Of a stretch of 11,667 nt of DNA, positions 8,386 to 11,667 are shown one piece after another. Made by a program: the position numbers and the translations under genes. Source of the stretch: Azolla caroliniana (Eukaryota; Plantae; Polypodiophyta); the NCBI GenBank assembly GCA_043228905.1, contig JBHGNT010001139.1, positions 1 to 11,667 of the forward strand. Direction: 5' to 3'. Numbering within the stretch: position 1 is the stretch's first letter; the number at the start of each line of letters is the position of its first letter. The notes beneath the pieces are model-generated. The model did no database searches and was not told the DNA's origin. It saw only the letters and a program-made list of their open reading frames with translations.

Positions 8386-9525
8386 GCAATTGTTAGCACT
8401 CAAGAATACCAATCTGTTTTCTCGGAGCTGTAGTGCTTGAAAGAAAGGTTTGTCACACTGGAACAAGAAAATCAACGGTTGTTGGGGCATCTTCAACAAA
8501 TCTCTTTAGAAAAGCACCAAGCACAACAACAACATGGGGAGTTAGTGTTACGCGTGCAACAACTTGAAGCAACCATTGTAGCATTGCAACAATAAGGATC
8601 AAGTACTCAAGGGATTCAGAAAGAGCCCAAGATCGGCCTTCGAATGAAATTCGATGCAACGTGATCACAGTTCAGAGGATTCCTTAATCAAGCATGATTA
8701 GTCATTCAAATGCATCCTTCCCGATATCCCACCGATGCATCACGAGTGGGTCTAGTAGGCACGTTACTAAGCGGCTCAACTTTGGCATGGTTCGCTCCAT
8801 TGTTGGAAACAAGTTCTTCCTTACTAAATAATTTTGAAGAGTTTATAAACGAGTTTAAAGCCTGTTTTGGAGATACTGGTAGCATAAGGATGGCAATCAA
8901 CAAAATCTGACAATTACGTCAAGGTGATCGTCCAGCCTCCGCTTACGCTGTTGATTTTCGTCTACTCGCTTCCGATATCCCCTGGGATGACCAAGCATTG
9001 ATGGAGAAATTTCGATACGATATACGAAATGATGTCAAAGACTTACTCCTGACTTTCTCCGAAGAACCAAAATCGCTCACAGAGGCAATCAATCGAGCGG
9101 TATGATGCGATAACCGGCTTTTCGAGCGACGTTCGGAATGCCAGTTACAAATGCCAAGGACCAAGTCGAAGCCCACATACGCCTCGGTCATAGCAAAACC
9201 ATTTGCAAGGGAGTCATATCATGCATCTTTGGCAAATACTCCAACACCGATGGAAATCGACACCACACGTCGTCATGGACCATTGTCGGAAGAAGAAAAG
9301 AACCGACGCCGAGTTAATCGATTATGTCTTTACTGTGGAGGACCAGGGAATATCACAATAAACTGCCCACATAGGCCAAGAAGACAGGTAAATCAAATAG
9401 TTTCTTGTACTAAACTTGAGTCTATTTCAATAGGAGTGTCTAATAGTCCTAATAGTACTAATAGCCCAAGTCTATCAAATAAATTTGATGTCCTTAGTCA
9501 GTTAGAAGAAGAGTTAAATGACTAA
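8383..9525 (+). pseudogene. Gag of element C (coiled-coil N terminus, retrotransposon capsid, zinc knuckle)
   Basis: One frame from ATG 8383 to TAA 9525 with six internal stops (8431, 8593, 8662, 8695, 8908, 9103). Motifs EPKIGL..KFD...FRGFLNQ, LRQGDRPASAYAVDF, TPMEID and LCLYCGGPGNITINCP (decayed CCHC). Confidence 0.9.
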
Positions 9526-9564
9526 GTCCAGCCAAAATAGGAGTCATTTGGTTGGACAACCCTA
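9513..9564 (+). promoter_or_regulatory. Putative -1 programmed ribosomal frameshift signal (gag/pol)
   Basis: Heptamer G TTA AAT (9513-9519) in the gag frame, a 6-nt spacer, and an 11-bp stem 9526-9536/9547-9557. The protease ORF is in the -1 frame. Confidence 0.72.
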
Positions 9565-9832
9565 GATCTATGCAACCCATTAGTAGTTCCATTCCCTCTA
9601 AGCAAGTTAGCAATGTGTTCTTAGCTCAAGTAATAGTTAGTACTAAAAGTACCCCTCTAGTACATGTCTTAACACTCCTAGATTCTGGAGCTAATTCTTG
9701 CTTCATGGATAGGAATTTTGCCCAAGCTCATAAGATATCCCTAAGAAAACTACCTTGTCTAGGCTCGGTAGTAGTCATTGATGGTCGTCCCATCGCTTCC
9801 AGAAATATCATAGAAGTCTCAGAGTTAGTTAA
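9522..9832 (+). pseudogene. N-terminal pol (aspartic protease) of element C, truncated by the Copia B insertion
   Basis: LLDSGANSCFMD and VVIDGRPI retropepsin-type motifs. Coding similarity ends at the LTR B boundary (9833). Confidence 0.88.
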
Positions 9833-10541
9833 TGACGGGAACTCAACGCTCCTTATGCACAACGCTCGGCCACAACCGAGCTTAGAATAATACACAGAAA
9901 ACCCAAACTAGGGGAAAAACCCAAACTAGGGAAAAAACACGGCAGCCCACAGGCTGCAAACTATCACTATGCTAGAATGTACAACAGTGAGTTCATGGAG
10001 GCAACAACCTCGTGCTCACGATCTTCGCCACAGGCGGCGGTTACAACAGAGGCAACGACCTCGTTCTCTCTCTCTCTCTCTCTCTCTCTGTACACTGTTA
10101 CACGCTCTCTCTTCTTGCACCAACAAGAAAATGACAACAACAATAACTATAAGTTTGCCCTAAGTCATATTTATACCAATATGACTTTTCGGCTATTTAC
10201 AAATATAGCCACGATGGACTCTCAAAAACATATTTACGAATATGTCTCTTCATCCGATTCTCACCGGGTCTGCAACATCCGGCTCTCCGTAGCCTGGTAC
10301 TCATCCGGTTCTCATCGGGTCTGCACCATGCGTCTCTCCGTAGCCGGGTACTCCTCATCCAGTTCTCACCGGGTCTGCACCATCCGGCTCTCCGTAGCCG
10401 GGTACTCCTCATCCGGTTCTCACCGGGTCTGCACCATCCGGTCCTCCGTAGCCGGGTACTCCTGGTCCGATTTCGGCCTCGGCCTTTGTTCATCGGCATT
10501 GTTCTTCTCCCTTCCCATCCGGAGGGACCTATCTCCCAACA
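9833..10541 (-). repeat. 3' LTR of Copia B (709 bp)
   Basis: Minus strand TGTTGGGAG...CCCGTCA. Four ~54-bp units at ~10251-10461 and (TC)12 at 10065-10088. Confidence 0.93.
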
Positions 10542-10543
10542 AA

Positions 10544-10553
10544 CTCCCCCTTC
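10544..10553 (-). promoter_or_regulatory. Polypurine tract of Copia B
   Basis: Minus strand GAAGGGGGAG overlaps the pol stop codon and lies 2 nt from the LTR TG. Confidence 0.9.
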
Positions 10554-11667
10554 ACTCCGGCATGGGGTGTCTTACCAGTCCGATTCTATCCTGGCATGCG
10601 TCCAGCTTGTCGGGTATCAACACTTTGGTCAGCATATATGACCCGTTCTCGGCCGTGTGGATCTTCATCAGCGCGAACTCCTGGTCATCTACTCTTTCCC
10701 GGATCCAGTGATATCTTCGCTGGATATGCTTCGTCCGGGAATGGTAGGCCGCATTCTTAGCAAGATGGATGGCACATTGACTGTCGCAATAGAGTCGGTA
10801 TTCATCTTGCCGGATACCGAGCTCTCCGATGAAGTCCTTCATCCATAATATTTCCTTGCCGGCTTCCACAGCCGCCATGTACTCCGCCTCCGTGGTTGAC
10901 AATGCAACCGTCTTCTGCAGCCTCGACTGCCACGAAACAGCTCCCCCTGCATATGTCATTACATACCCAGATGTAGACCGGCTGGTATCCACATCAGCCG
11001 ACATGTCCGAATCGGTGAAACCGTCAAGTTGAGGTTTTCCGGAGCCTCGGAGACACATATTTGAAGTGCCCTTCAAATACCGGAGTATCCATTTGACCGC
11101 GTTCCAGTGCTCCTTGCCGGGGTTGCTCATGAACCGGCTCACCACTCCGACTGCGTATCCTATATCCGGTCGAGTACACACCATTGCTTACATTAGGCTC
11201 CCAACGGCAGAGGCATATGGAATCTTAATCATATCCGCCTTCTCTGCTTTCGTCTTCGGGCTTTGCTTACCGGATAACCTACAGTTTGTCGAAAGTGTCG
11301 ATCCGACCGGTTTCACATCTGACATGTTGAACCGGTGAAGCACCTTTTGTCACGTACTTCTCCTGTGACAGCCATAATTGCTTCGCTGACCGGTTCCGGA
11401 TAATATGCATCCCCAGTATCTGTCTTGACGGACCCAAGTCTTTCATTGAGAAGGTCCGGTTGAGAGCCTTCTTCAGCATCCGTATTTTGACTTGGTCCCG
11501 TCCGACGATCAACATGTCGTCCACGTACAAAAGGAGTATTAGGAAGTCGCCTCCTTCGAACTTCTTCACAAACACACAGTGATCGGCCTGTGTCTTGTGG
11601 TACCCTTGATCGGTCATGAAGGAGTCGAACTTCCGGTACCATTGCCGGGGGCCTTGCTTCAACCCGT
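10552..11667 (-). pseudogene. Copia B pol: reverse transcriptase and RNase H (defective)
   Basis: GLKQGPRQWY, LLLYVDDMLIVG, MVCTRPDI, FTDSDMSAD, ALSTTEAEY and SRTKHIQRRYHWIRE. Frameshift near 11345 and in-frame TAA at 11188-11190. Confidence 0.93.

Larger units (their letters stand above)
7859..9832 (+). mobile_element. 5' part of Tcn1/sushi-like (chromoviral) Ty3/Gypsy element 'C': putative LTR and leader, gag, protease
   Basis: Host RT coding stops at TGTCATG (7859). An AT-rich region follows with CTATAAAAAG (8037-8046), then gag and a -1-frame protease. The right end of the LTR is not defined because no second LTR is in the window. Confidence 0.75.
9833..11667 (-). mobile_element. Ty1/Copia element B (Tnt1/Tork-like), 3' end; continues beyond the window
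   Basis: RT-RNase H, then a PPT, then an LTR homologous to 2424-3184. Confidence 0.93.

Noticed and set aside
8383-9832. Domesticated PEG10/RTL1-like host gene
   Set aside because: It has six nonsense codons, a decayed zinc knuckle, an interrupting transposon and a nested TE context.
9977-10711. 244-aa ORF (and related 2417..2995, 2374..2736, 2466..2744, 10197..10499) as novel repeat proteins
   Set aside because: They arise from the stop-poor 54-bp (18-codon) repeats and microsatellite in LTR B. The frame through the repeats differs between the LTR copies.

Overview
Eukaryotic (most likely non-seed plant, e.g. fern or bryophyte; inferred) heterochromatin-type DNA made entirely of nested, decayed LTR retrotransposons. 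No host gene was seen. Reconstruction: (1) An old Ty3/Gypsy RT pseudogene (+, 1-416, resuming at 7665-7858) is split by (2) a Ty1/Copia element 'A' (- strand, 417-7664). A has two ~414-bp LTRs, an iMet PBS, a PPT and a CGGAT/CGGAC target-site duplication. (3) A carries a solo LTR of a second Copia family 'B' (+, 2424-3184, TSD AGTCA/AATCA), an internal 2,246-bp-period tandem duplication and several deletions. (4) The Gypsy RT is interrupted again at 7859 by a Tcn1/sushi-like chromoviral Gypsy element 'C' (putative LTR, gag 8383-9525, -1 frameshift signal, protease). (5) C is in turn interrupted at 9833 by the 3' end of a Tnt1/Tork-like Copia B element (- strand) that runs off the window. The most notable oddities are an antisense tRNA-like A-box/B-box Pol III module at the start of C's putative LTR, a ~200-codon Pol C-terminal tail in A between two identical PPT 12-mers, and a classic -1 frameshift cassette in C inactivated by one probable CpG transition. 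All identity values are hand counts.
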